DNA from: Gammaproteobacteria bacterium
Lineage (GTDB): Bacteria > Pseudomonadota > Gammaproteobacteria > UBA4575
Direction of reading: 5' to 3'
Assembly (NCBI GenBank): GCA_965222615.1
Contig: CBDCUI010000001.1
Location: 1-11,987 of the forward strand
Length of the DNA stretch: 11,987 nucleotides
Of the stretch, positions 1 through 9,272 are shown piece after piece. Under the pieces are notes generated by a model. The model did no database searches and was not told the DNA's origin. It saw only the letters and a program-made list of their open reading frames with translations. The translations under genes were made by a program, and so were the position numbers. Each line of letters begins with the position of its first letter. Position 1 is the stretch's first letter.

Positions 1-1098
1 ATAAACTGTTTGGCGACTTTTTCATTATCAGTAACTATGGCATCAGTATGATGTGATCCATATTTTTGAATATGATCCATTGCTTGTATGAGATCATTTA
101 CGACGCGTACGGATAAAATTGGCCCAAGATATTCTGCATACCAATCTTCTTCAGTTGCCTGAGATATTCCTTGTAGAATTTTTTGAGTTTCCTCACATCC
201 TCTTATCTCAACTTTTTTTACATCTAGTTGTCGCTTTATATCAGGAAGTACTTCGTCTGCAATTGATCGATCAACAAGCAATGTTTCCATAGCATTACAA
301 ACGCCAAATCGTTGTGCTTTTGCATTAATTGCTATATTAATTGCCTTTGTCACATCAGCATCTTCATGTATATACACATGACACACACCATCTAAATGCT
401 TAATTAATGGAATACGTGATTCTTTCGTAATCCTTTCTATCAATCCTTTGCCGCCTCGAGGTATCACAATATCAATAAAAGCATCTGCTTGTAATAGTGC
501 TCTCACCGCATCACGATCTGTTGTATTGATCACTTGAACAACGTCTTTAGACAATCCTGCTCTTTCCAAACCCGAATGAATACACTTGGAAATTGCTCGA
601 TTGGAATGTAGTGCTTCTGATCCACCACGCAAAATAGTTGCATTTCCTGATTTAATGCATAAAGACGCTGCATCAGCAGTCACATTCGGTCTGGATTCGT
701 AAATAATCAGAATTACACCAATCGGTATTCTCATTTTTTCCAACTTTAATACCGCTAGGACGCACTTCCATGTTCGAAACTTCACCTACTGAATCTGGCA
801 ATGCCACAACTTGATGCAACCCATCCACCATGGACTGTATGCGAGCATCATTCAATTCAAGACGATCTAAAAGTGCAGCATCAAGTCCATGTTCTTTGCC
901 ATTAACCAAATCAACTGCGTTTTCTTGTTTAAGAAATTTCTTTGATTCCAGGATCCGTTCCGCAATATATTTAAGAGCGTTGTTTTTAATTTCAGTACTG
1001 GCAGAAGCGATTTCACGACTTGCTATCGAAGCTCTCTGTGTAACATCAGCAATGTAATTTTCAATAGAGTTCATTTGATTTTCTGCCACGACACTCAT
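1..1098 (-). CDS. proA: Gamma-glutamyl phosphate reductase (glutamate-5-semialdehyde dehydrogenase); 3' end runs off the window; one apparent +1 frameshift
   Basis: The ORF from 1098 reads ...LDAALLDRLEL...RPSGIKVGK. Removing one T from the T6 run at 734-739 continues it as MRIPIGVILIIYESRPNVTADAASLCIKSGNATILRGGSEA...VIPRGGKGLI...KHLDGVCHVYI...GVCNAMETLLV (catalytic Cys at 297-299)...EDWYAEYLGPIL...GSHHTDAIVT. Hand translation stays open to position 1. Confidence 0.97.
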
Positions 1099-1144
1099 AA
1101 AAATCCATTCAATAGTTTAGATAATAATCAAACTGAGAAATATT

Positions 1145-1174
1145 TTTATAATATTATATTAAGACTACGGTCAA
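1145..1174 (-). promoter_or_regulatory. Possible sigma70 promoter for proA in the holA-proA spacer
   Basis: Minus-strand TTGACC (1174-1169) lies 18 nt from TATAAA (1150-1145) or 15 nt from TATTAT. It overlaps the 12-bp palindrome TATAATATTATA (1147-1158). The region is very AT-rich, so chance matches are likely. Confidence 0.3.
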
Positions 1175-1184
1175 AAACTTATTA

Positions 1185-2188
1185 TTAAGCTGTTATTTGA
1201 GCTGCTATACTTAATTGTAGCAGTTCATGCCAAGGATTTCCGTTGGCCCGACCTTTGATTACGCGATCTACCCAAGCACATTGTTTTAACAAGTCTGAAG
1301 ATTTGCTTGTATTTGCTGCACTACGAATGCCGATAAGTTGCTGATGAGTATTACTTAACTGAATCAATGCTCTGTAGTGGTCTAGACTTTGACACTGTCG
1401 CGATAAATCACTGACATCAACAATTTTTCTAATTTGCTCGGTAAGTCCCCATAGCAATAGTGGTGGTGCGATATCTTCTTTTTCAAGTCCTTTTAGAATA
1501 CGAACTAAGCGTGATAAATCTTTTCTTGATAGAGCATCCATTAGTTCATTTAATGAATAATGGCTACTGTTAGTCAACGCAGAATTAATCGCTTGGATAT
1601 CTAATCTCTTTGTCTCACAAATTAATGCGATTTTGTCGATCTCTTGCATAGCAGCCAGTAAATTACCTTCAACATGCTGGACAATAAAAGCAACAACATC
1701 ATTTGTGACAGAAAATCCTTTTGCTTCTAATTTTTCTTTTATCCAGTTTTTGGTTTCTATTTCGTTTAATGGCCAAGTACGAAGTATAATTCCCGCCTTA
1801 TCGACTGCCTTGACCCAAGCTGAGTTCATCGTATTACGATCTAACCGTGGAGCTTGGATCAATAGATTCACGTCTTGGTGAAGATCGTTGATGAATTTCA
1901 CAATAGCTTTAGAACCACTTACACCTGGTTTACCAGACAAAATCCGTAAATCAATTAAAGTGCGATCATCAAAGAGTGATCTATTATTTTAGCCGATTCG
2001 AGTTCCGACCAATCAAATCCAGATTCGACCACTAGAACCTTACGCTCAGAATACCCTAAGTCTTGAACGTAACTGCGGTATTTATCTGCAGCAAGCATAT
2101 TTTGATAGGGCTCATCTCCACTAATAAGCAGTACTGGAATAGCAGATTTATTTAGGCTTTGGTGAAATTGAGCAAATCGAATTTGCAT
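1185..2188 (-). CDS. holA: DNA polymerase III subunit delta (clamp loader), ~334 aa after repairing one -1 frameshift
   Basis: The N-part reads LLISGDEP...GYSER...FDWSEL. Adding one base to the T4 run at 1987-1990 gives KNNRSLFDDRTLIDLRILSGKPG (HolA SLF motif), joining the 1185..1940 ORF (SAWVKA, VEGNLLAAMQEIDKI, PPLLLWGL, DRVIKG, PWHELLQL). An AGGA Shine-Dalgarno lies 5 nt upstream of the ATG (2194-2197). Confidence 0.95.
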
Positions 2189-2216
2189 ATAAATCCTGGT
2201 ATCGAAGACTTGTTAA

Positions 2217-2227
2217 CAACACTAATT
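2217..2227. repeat. Left copy of the 11-bp direct repeat CAACACTAATT
   Basis: Exact match to 6113-6123. Lies 28 nt upstream of the holA start codon. Confidence 0.8.
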
Positions 2228-2228
2228 A

Positions 2229-2234
2229 ATTATA
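2229..2234 (-). promoter_or_regulatory. Candidate -10 box for a holA-proA promoter
   Basis: Perfect TATAAT on the minus strand, 40 nt upstream of the holA ATG. No convincing -35 at 16-18 nt spacing. Confidence 0.35.
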
Positions 2235-2305
2235 CAGGGTACATGAAAGCCGATAGACGGCACAATGTCTAAGATTAAGCGATCACATTATTACGTAATG
2301 TTTTT

Positions 2306-5119
2306 ATGGAATACCCTACACTAACTATCGAGAGAATATACAAAAACTTGATTTCAACTCCTATTAGAATGATCGAATTACACAACCAAGATCTTTACGA
2401 TGAATCTGGCACAATCGACTATGACAAAGTAGTCGAACAAATCCATAATTATCTCACTCAATTTTTACGCACTTGTTTAACGGAATGTTTTTCTCTCGCT
2501 AAGGATACAGGCTTTAGAGTGCAAATAACTGATATTAATGGTAAAGCACGTGACGAAGCTTTAGATTTATTTCTTACAAGACAACATGTTGTATCTTCAG
2601 AGCTTTATGTAGAAATCGAATCAAAATTTTACACTTCTGCTTCACTTATCATACAGGCAAAAACTCATGATAAGAGCCAGATTCGTGCTATTGACACCGG
2701 TTTGATTGAATTGACTTTAGCAGTAGATAACCTTATCTATCGTACCGTAGAACGTCATAAAAATCACTGGAAGTACTAGAATTACGCTTACAAGAATTAT
2801 CTCTTTTTACCCACCAAAAATTCAACATCTATAGTTTACATCCACAAGAATTTTATTCATCATTCCAAAATGCTATTGCACCTCTTAAACTCTCAGCTGA
2901 TGGTAAAATACTTTTATGCAAACTTCTATATCAACAAATTTCTCCCAAGCTTAGTGAATTTTATACATCTGTAAATAATTTCTTAATCGACGTGGATATT
3001 TTATCAACACCCACGTCTATCCAAAGTGTGAAAAAAGTTAATGCCTCGGCTGAACTTGATAAAGATAATTCTGACATTCCTATAGACGTAAACAAAATGC
3101 ACCTTTCAACAGGTCAATTTTTTGCTCCAGTAGAACAAGAGTTCGATAACGCAGAATCTACCGATTCACATAGTCATGCTCAATCAGATCTTGCTGAGCA
3201 TTTTGAAGAAGAATTAAATCATGAACGAAGTGCAGAAATTTCTAGAGAGTTTGAATCGATTGCAATGGATATTTACGGGCCAGGACATTCAGGATTAGAC
3301 CCAAATATCATTGGCCTCATTCTACAACCTTATGACCCAGGATCTAACTCAGATTCTTCTCCTGCACAGCGACGACAATTTATACGTGCACTTTCCACTG
3401 TACAACGTATAGAAGCTGCAAGTGATGCAGTATTCAAAGCGAGCCAAATAAAAACCGCTGTGCAGCGAACTTTACATGAGAGAGGTGCGTTGGATGCGAC
3501 TGAAATTGTTGCAAATGAAGAAAAAGTAATCGATTTTGTAAGTAAAATATTCCAAGTTATTTTAGACGACGAGGAATTACCTGACCAAATTAAAGCTTTA
3601 TTAGCAAAATTACAAATATCTGTAATAAAACTAGCATTGGTTGATTTCACTTTTTTTCAAAATTCTAATCATCCTGCAAGACACTTGCTAAACAAGTTAA
3701 CTTCTATTGGTGTTAGTGTTGATAGCAAAAACGAATTAATTTTCAACAAACTTAAATCTGTTGTTGATCTTATTATCAACAACTTTGAAACTGACATAAA
3801 TGTATTCGGTCTAGCACTAGTAGAGTTAAAAAAGCTAGATCCTGATAATTTACAAAAACTACAGCAAAAAGAAGAAAGAAAAAAGCAGCAAGAAAAATTA
3901 AAAGCAAAACGCTCTGCTGCAAAACGAGTCGTTATCAGTACTATCAAAACCTATATTAATAACAGAGAACTACCTAATGAAATACTTGAATTTCTAGTAA
4001 AGTGTTGGGCACCACATATGGGATAGTTTTTACAAAACATGGCAAAAAATCCAAAATTTGGCGCAAGTCTGTGCGCACCCTACGCAGAATTATTGAGATA
4101 TCTCAAGGCATACACTCTTTGTATGATGTTCAACAATATATTAAAAATCCCGATGAGTTTTTACCTGCGTGCGGGAAGAACTCAAATACCTTTCTACAAA
4201 AAAACAAGAATTTGAAGAAATTACAGAAGCTGCTGAGGTTTGGTATTTAACTTATTTACATAAAATTCAACAAGAAGCCAAAGAGCTTGAAGAGTTAAAT
4301 GAACAAACTTCTACTGAATCCGAAGATACTAGCAATGTTATCCAACTATTTAAAAACATCGCTCCACCAGAAGAAGCACCTAAAGTACCCGAAACATTAA
4401 TACAGCAAAAACCAGATTTTGATTTTGAAGCAGAACCCGCAACTGAAGGTGAAAGCTATGATACTACTAACGAAAAAGATGATCTAGATGAAATTGAGAT
4501 CGTAGAAGTTTACCAGGATACCCAGTTAGAGGAAGAAGAGATCGAGATCGAAGCTGCAACCGATGCAGATGTTGAAGAAGAGTTAAATATAACTAGCGAA
4601 CAAAGCAGTAGTAATGATAATGCAGAAATAGACAAAATCGTTGATGAATCGACAAATAGCTCTGCAGAAATACAAGTTATAGCGAGTGAAAATCCTCACC
4701 TCAATGACCCTAAATCAGAAACACCTGATGCCAGCGATGTATCTGAATTCGACTCGGACAGTGAAAAACAACCTGCCAAGCTTGCTGAAGAGGAGACAAA
4801 TGAAGATGAAGCTCCAGTTTCCTTAGCAGACTTGCCTGGCAACATTATTCCAGGGGTGTGGTTGGAGATTTATCAAGGTATTGATAAGGCAAAACGTAGA
4901 CTTAAATTTTCCAACACCCTAGATGACTCAGAGTGTCTAGTATTCACTGATCGAAGCGGTGATTATACTTTTGAAATAGACATTAAAACATTTATGGGTG
5001 ATTTGAATTCTGGCCGTACCCGTCTAATAAACGAAGGCAACCGTTTCGACTTAGCTCTTAGTTCTGTTATAAGTAATATACGCGATGGCCAGAGTAAAGC
5101 ATCTGGCTCCACACATTAA
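2306..5119 (+). CDS. DUF1631-family protein of unknown function, ~938 aa when three -1 frameshifts are repaired; start could alternatively be the ATG at 2369
   Basis: Four ORF pieces join by adding one base to each of A5 (2759-2763), G3 (4020-4022) and T5 (4158-4162). Recognised from memory of the family: LEVLELRLQEL..SLHPQEFYSSF..LCKLL..EFYTSVNNFL; VIDFVSKIFQVILDDEELPDQIKALLAKLQISVIKLALVDFTFFQNSNHPARHLLNKL; HGKKSKIW; C-terminal PGVWLEI..RRLKF..VFTDRSG..LNSGRTRLI..FDLALSSV. No HMM search was run. Confidence 0.8.
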
Positions 5120-5180
5120 ATACTACTACTGTACGAAATCTTCATGCTAAGCTTTGCTTAGCAAATTAACCTAGTAGTAT
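5120..5180. repeat. Nested inverted repeats filling the DUF1631-reductase spacer
   Basis: Outer arms ATACTACTA (5120-5128) and TAGTAGTAT (5172-5180). Inner TGCTAAGC-TTT-GCTTAGCA (5145-5163). Both pairs are exact reverse complements. Confidence 0.75.
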
Positions 5181-5184
5181 AGAA

Positions 5185-6063
5185 ATGAATCGACAAAGAA
5201 TTGGTATCATCGGCCTTGGCATCATGGGTACTCCCATGGCAATGAATTTATTAAAGGCAAACTACAAATTAGGTTTGTATGCACGCAATCCAAAGGCATT
5301 GGATGTCTTTACTACTGGCGATATTAAAGTATTCAACTCCCCTGCTGAGCTAGCAGAAAATTGCTCCACTACAATTACAATCGTTTCAGATAGTCCTGAT
5401 GTAAAAGCTATTGTAGTAGGTGCTGAGGGAATTATTCATGGCGCATCTTCTGGTCATTTATTAATAGATATGAGCACCATTTCACCAGAAGTGACTAAAC
5501 AGATCGCTAATCAGTTAAGTAGTAAAAATATCGCTATGTTAGATGCCCCGGTCTCTGGTGGTGAGCAAGGTGCAGTAACTGGCACCTTATCAATTATGGT
5601 AGGCGGTGATTCCAGCATATTCAAACAAGCACTCCCTATACTAAAATGCTTAGGCCAAAATATTATCCATGTTGGCGATCATGGTGCAGGACAAGTTACT
5701 AAAGCATGTAATCAAATATTAGTTGCCCAAACCATGTCAGCAGTTGCAGAGGCCTTTTTGCTGGCTAAATCTTCCGGTGTCGACCCTAATAAAGTACGAG
5801 ATGCCTTACTAGGTGGATTTGCCTATAGCAAGATTTTAGAAGTCCACGGCAAGCGCATGCTTGATAATTCTTATGCACCTGGATTTAAGGCCAAGCTACA
5901 CAATAAAGACATAGGCATTGCTTTAGATAGTGCAAAACGCAACCATATCTCTATTCCTGGGGCCGAACTCGTTGCAGGGTATTTACGCGAGCTTGTTGAA
6001 TGCGGAGATGGAGATCTTGACTCAGCTGCTATTGCAAAAATTATCTTTAAAAGTAATAACTAG
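5185..6063 (+). CDS. glxR: 2-hydroxy-3-oxopropionate (tartronate semialdehyde) reductase, GlxR/GarR type, beta-hydroxyacid dehydrogenase family
   Basis: Intact 292 aa. Rossmann motif IGIIGLGIMGTPMA, DMSTISP, substrate motif LDAPVSGGEQGA, TLSIMVGG, catalytic Lys in GAGQVTKACNQ. The GGFAYSKILEVHGKRM..PGFKAKLHNKD segment closely resembles GlxR. The family is certain, but the exact substrate is inferred. Confidence 0.82.
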   Translation: MNRQRIGIIGLGIMGTPMAMNLLKANYKLGLYARNPKALDVFTTGDIKVFNSPAELAENCSTTITIVSDSPDVKAIVVGAEGIIHGASSGHLLIDMSTISPEVTKQIANQLSSKNIAMLDAPVSGGEQGAVTGTLSIMVGGDSSIFKQALPILKCLGQNIIHVGDHGAGQVTKACNQILVAQTMSAVAEAFLLAKSSGVDPNKVRDALLGGFAYSKILEVHGKRMLDNSYAPGFKAKLHNKDIGIALDSAKRNHISIPGAELVAGYLRELVECGDGDLDSAAIAKIIFKSNN

Positions 6064-6112
6064 TGCCAAGCTCAAAAAAGATCTAACGTATTTGGACCAA
6101 AGGGAAATCAGT

Positions 6113-6123
6113 CAACACTAATT
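6113..6123. repeat. Right copy of the 11-bp direct repeat CAACACTAATT
   Basis: Exact match to 2217-2227. Lies 27 nt beyond the lptE stop codon. Confidence 0.8.
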
Positions 6124-6150
6124 GATATTATATGGTTAATTTTCCAACGC

Positions 6151-6649
6151 TTAATTATTAATTGCCTGTAATCGATGTACAATTAGTTTTGCCACATCAT
6201 TTCTCATTTCATTAAATAGCTTTTGCTCTTCTTCATTTGCACCTAGCAAGTCACTTTTATCAAAAACGAAATCTCGACTCAAAGATATATTTTGCTCATT
6301 AAGTAAATTACTATCATCGACTCCTTTTACATCAAAATTTACTCTTAAGATAAGCTCATATTCACGTGCTTTACCATCATTATCTACCGTAAGTATCACT
6401 TTTTCCGTTTGTTCTTCTAGTATGTTGAGTAATGCTGTTGCTTGCTCTGCATCTACAACATTTTATTTGATTATATATTAAATTTCTTTCAACCAAGTTG
6501 ATTAGCTCACGACTTGCTGTATCACTATGTACTGAAGTGTTTTGCAAGCTATCGGAAAACTCGCCAGTACCAGCCAAATGGAAACCACATCCATTTAGCA
6601 TTTGCAGCAGTACAAAAATAAAAATTATATTTTTATTAAAATTTTTCAT
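6151..6649 (-). CDS. lptE: LPS assembly lipoprotein LptE (RlpB), ~165 aa after repairing one +1 frameshift
   Basis: Signal peptide with lipobox LNG-C followed by GFHL. Removing one T from the T4 run at 6461-6464 gives QINVVDAEQATALLNILEEQTEKVILTVDNDGKAREYEL...SRDFVFD..LG..EEEQKLFNEMRND..IVHRL. Starts 9 nt after the leuS stop, the conserved position. Confidence 0.94.
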
Positions 6650-6658
6650 ACAAATATT

Positions 6659-9116
6659 CTATTTTGCTACTATATTTACTAAGCGTTTTGGCACAATAAT
6701 TATTTTTACAACTTTCATTTTTTCAATAAAACGTTTTACGTTTTCATTATTCTGTGCTGCATCTTCTATTTCTTTATTTTCAGCATTATTAGAGACGCTA
6801 ATTGTAGCGCGCTTTTTACCATTTACTTGAACTACAAGTTCAATAGTATCACTTTTTAAAGCATTTACATCTACACTAGGCCATTGCTGTTGATACACTG
6901 GTGTTACATTACCAAGATTTTGCCAAAGTACATGACATACATGTGGCAATATAGGAGACAACATAAGCACAATTGACTCTAAGGCCTCTTGATATATAGC
7001 ACTTCGTCTGCGGAGAGGTATCACTAAAACTGCTCAGCTCATTTACTAATTCCATGTTTGCTGCAATCGCAGTATTAAATGTATAGCGCCGTCCGATATC
7101 GTCAGTAACTTTTTGAATGGTTTCATGGATTTTACGACGTAAATTTTGTTGTTGTTCATTTAAATCATTTGTATCCAAGGCAGGGATCGTTGAAGTACTT
7201 TCTATGTGAGTTTCTACCATGCGCCAAAGTTTATTAATAAATCGATATGAGCCTTCTACTGCAGTATCCGACCATTCCAAGCTATGATCTGGTGGTGCGG
7301 CAAACATCACAAATAACCTAACGGTATCTGCGCCATATTTATCAATCAATTTTTGCGGATCCACAGTATTACCTTTTGACTTAGACATTTTCGCGCCATC
7401 TTTCAGCACCATGCCTTGTGTTAATAGATTTGAAAAAGGTTCATCAAACTCATATAAGTCTTCATCACGCATTAATTTATTAAAAAATCTCGCATACAAA
7501 AGATGTAATACAGCATGTTCAATACCGCCGATATATTGATCTACGGGCATCCAGTATTTTGCACGTTCATCCAGCATAGCAGCGTCATTATCTGCACTAC
7601 AATATCGTGCAAAATACCAACTCGATTCAAAGAAAGTATCGAATGTATCGGTCTCTCTTTGCGCAGGTGAGTGACATTGTGGACACTCTACACTTAGAAA
7701 TTCTGGCAATGACTTTAGTGGCGATGTAGCCCCATCGAAATCAATATCCTCAGGCAGTCGTACTGGTAAATCTTGCTCGGGCACCGCTACCACTCCGCAC
7801 TTTGCACAATTAATCACAGGTATTGGACAACCCCAGTAACGTTGTCGAGAAATTCCCCAGTCCCGTAAGCGATAATTTACTTGGCGTTGACCTTTGTTGT
7901 CATTTTCCAGTTCAGTCGCAATTTCATCAAAAGCTTTTTCAGAACTTAAGCCATTAAATTGCTGAGAATCATACAACCAACCTTTTTCTATAAATGCGCC
8001 ACTTGCAATGTCAATTTCAGTATTATCTTTATTTGGGAAAACTACTGGTTTGATTGGAAGATTAAATTTATTGGCAAACTCCCAATCGCGTTGGTCATGC
8101 GCAGGTACAGACATTACTGCACCTGACCCATATTCTATTAATACAAAGTTAGCAATCCAGATCGGTATTTGTTCGTTGCTGATTGGATGGATGGCATTAA
8201 GGCCTGTAGCAATACCTCGTTTTTCTAAGGTGTTCATTTCCGATTCTGAAACCTTTGTTTGCTTACATTCATATAAAAAGTCAGCAATTTCCACCGAGGA
8301 TTCAGCAGCCTGTGCGGCTAAAACATGTTCGGGTGCAATCGCTAGATAAGTTACACCCATTAAAGTATCAGGGCGTGTCGTATATACATGCAAAGGAGCT
8401 TGGTTTTCCACATTAAAAATTATTTCGACACCTTCAGAACGACCAATCCAATTCGTTTGCATCATTTTAACCTGATCTGGCCATCCTTTTAGTTGTTCTA
8501 AATCTTTTAATAACTCATCCGCATAGGCAGTTATTTTTAAGAACCATTGATCTATTTCCTTACGTTCCACCAACGCATTAGATCTCCAACCACGACCATC
8601 GATGACTTGCTCATTGGCAAGCACGGTTTTATCAACAGGGTCCCAATTCACTACCGCTTTCTTCTTATACACCAAATCTTTTTCTAAAAGCTTAGTGAAA
8701 AACCATTGTTCCCAGTGATAATATTTCGGATGGCAGGTTGCAATCTCACGACTCCAATCATATGCAAAACCCAATCGCTTAAGCTGCGTGCGCATATAAT
8801 CAATATTTTCATAGGTCCATTTCGCGGGTGGCACTTTGTTCTTTATTGCAGCATTTTCTGCTGGCAATCCAAATGCGTCCCAACCCATTGGTTGCAGCAC
8901 ATTTTTCCCTAACATGCGTTGATAGCGACTAATTACATCCCCGATGGTGTAATTGCGAACATGCCCCATGTGTAAACGCCCACTAGGATAAGGAAACATC
9001 GATAAGCAATAGAATTTTTCTAATTGCTCAGCTTCCTTAGCCTTAAAAGCCTCATGTTGTTCCCAATATTGCTGAACAGCAGACTCAATTTCCTCTGGGT
9101 GATATGGGCGTGGCAT
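6659..9116 (-). CDS. leuS: Leucine--tRNA ligase, ~818 aa after repairing one +1 frameshift
   Basis: [13 protein letters not shown] (HIGH motif), [15 protein letters not shown]1 editing motifs YTTRPDT and [38 protein letters not shown]. Removing one base near 7007 joins it to [33 protein letters not shown]. Confidence 0.99.
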
Positions 9117-9151
9117 AAAAGATCGAATATCTGAGTATCTAAAAGCGTGAG

Positions 9152-9181
9152 AGCATAGCAGCTCAATTCACATTAACTCAA
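9152..9181 (-). promoter_or_regulatory. Candidate sigma70 promoter for leuS-lptE
   Basis: Minus-strand TTGAGT (9181-9176), 18-nt spacer, then extended -10 TG-C-TATGCT (9160-9152), about 35 nt upstream of the leuS ATG. Confidence 0.4.
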
Positions 9182-9272
9182 TATGAAATAATGAATCAAA
9201 TGCTAGGATAGTCGTGTTCAACAACTATTAAGTATAGATTTATTAAACTAAAGTGGGACCTGCCAAAATTTG

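Noticed and set aside
2230-2256. Sigma28 (FliA)-like -10 box GCCGATAG (2249-2256) upstream of DUF1631
   Set aside because: It is a 7/8 match, but there is no TAAA -35 box at the required spacing. A perfect GCCGATAA also occurs inside holA (1329-1336), which shows such matches arise by chance.
2791-2808. QELSLF in DUF1631 resembling the beta-clamp-binding motif QL[S/D]LF, next to holA
   Set aside because: It does not match the consensus spacing and sits at the end of a predicted conserved helix. Proximity to holA alone is not evidence.
6064-6150. Bidirectional intrinsic terminator expected between the convergent glxR and lptE
   Set aside because: Only tiny AT-rich dyads are present (e.g. TTTGG-A-CCAAA). 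There is no GC-rich stem with a U-tract.
830-8912. Antisense ORFs 830..1057, 1633..1881, 3330..3650, 3669..3947, 6498..6830, 8008..8349 and 8706..8912
   Set aside because: All lie opposite well-supported genes and have no recognisable motifs, so they are shadow ORFs.
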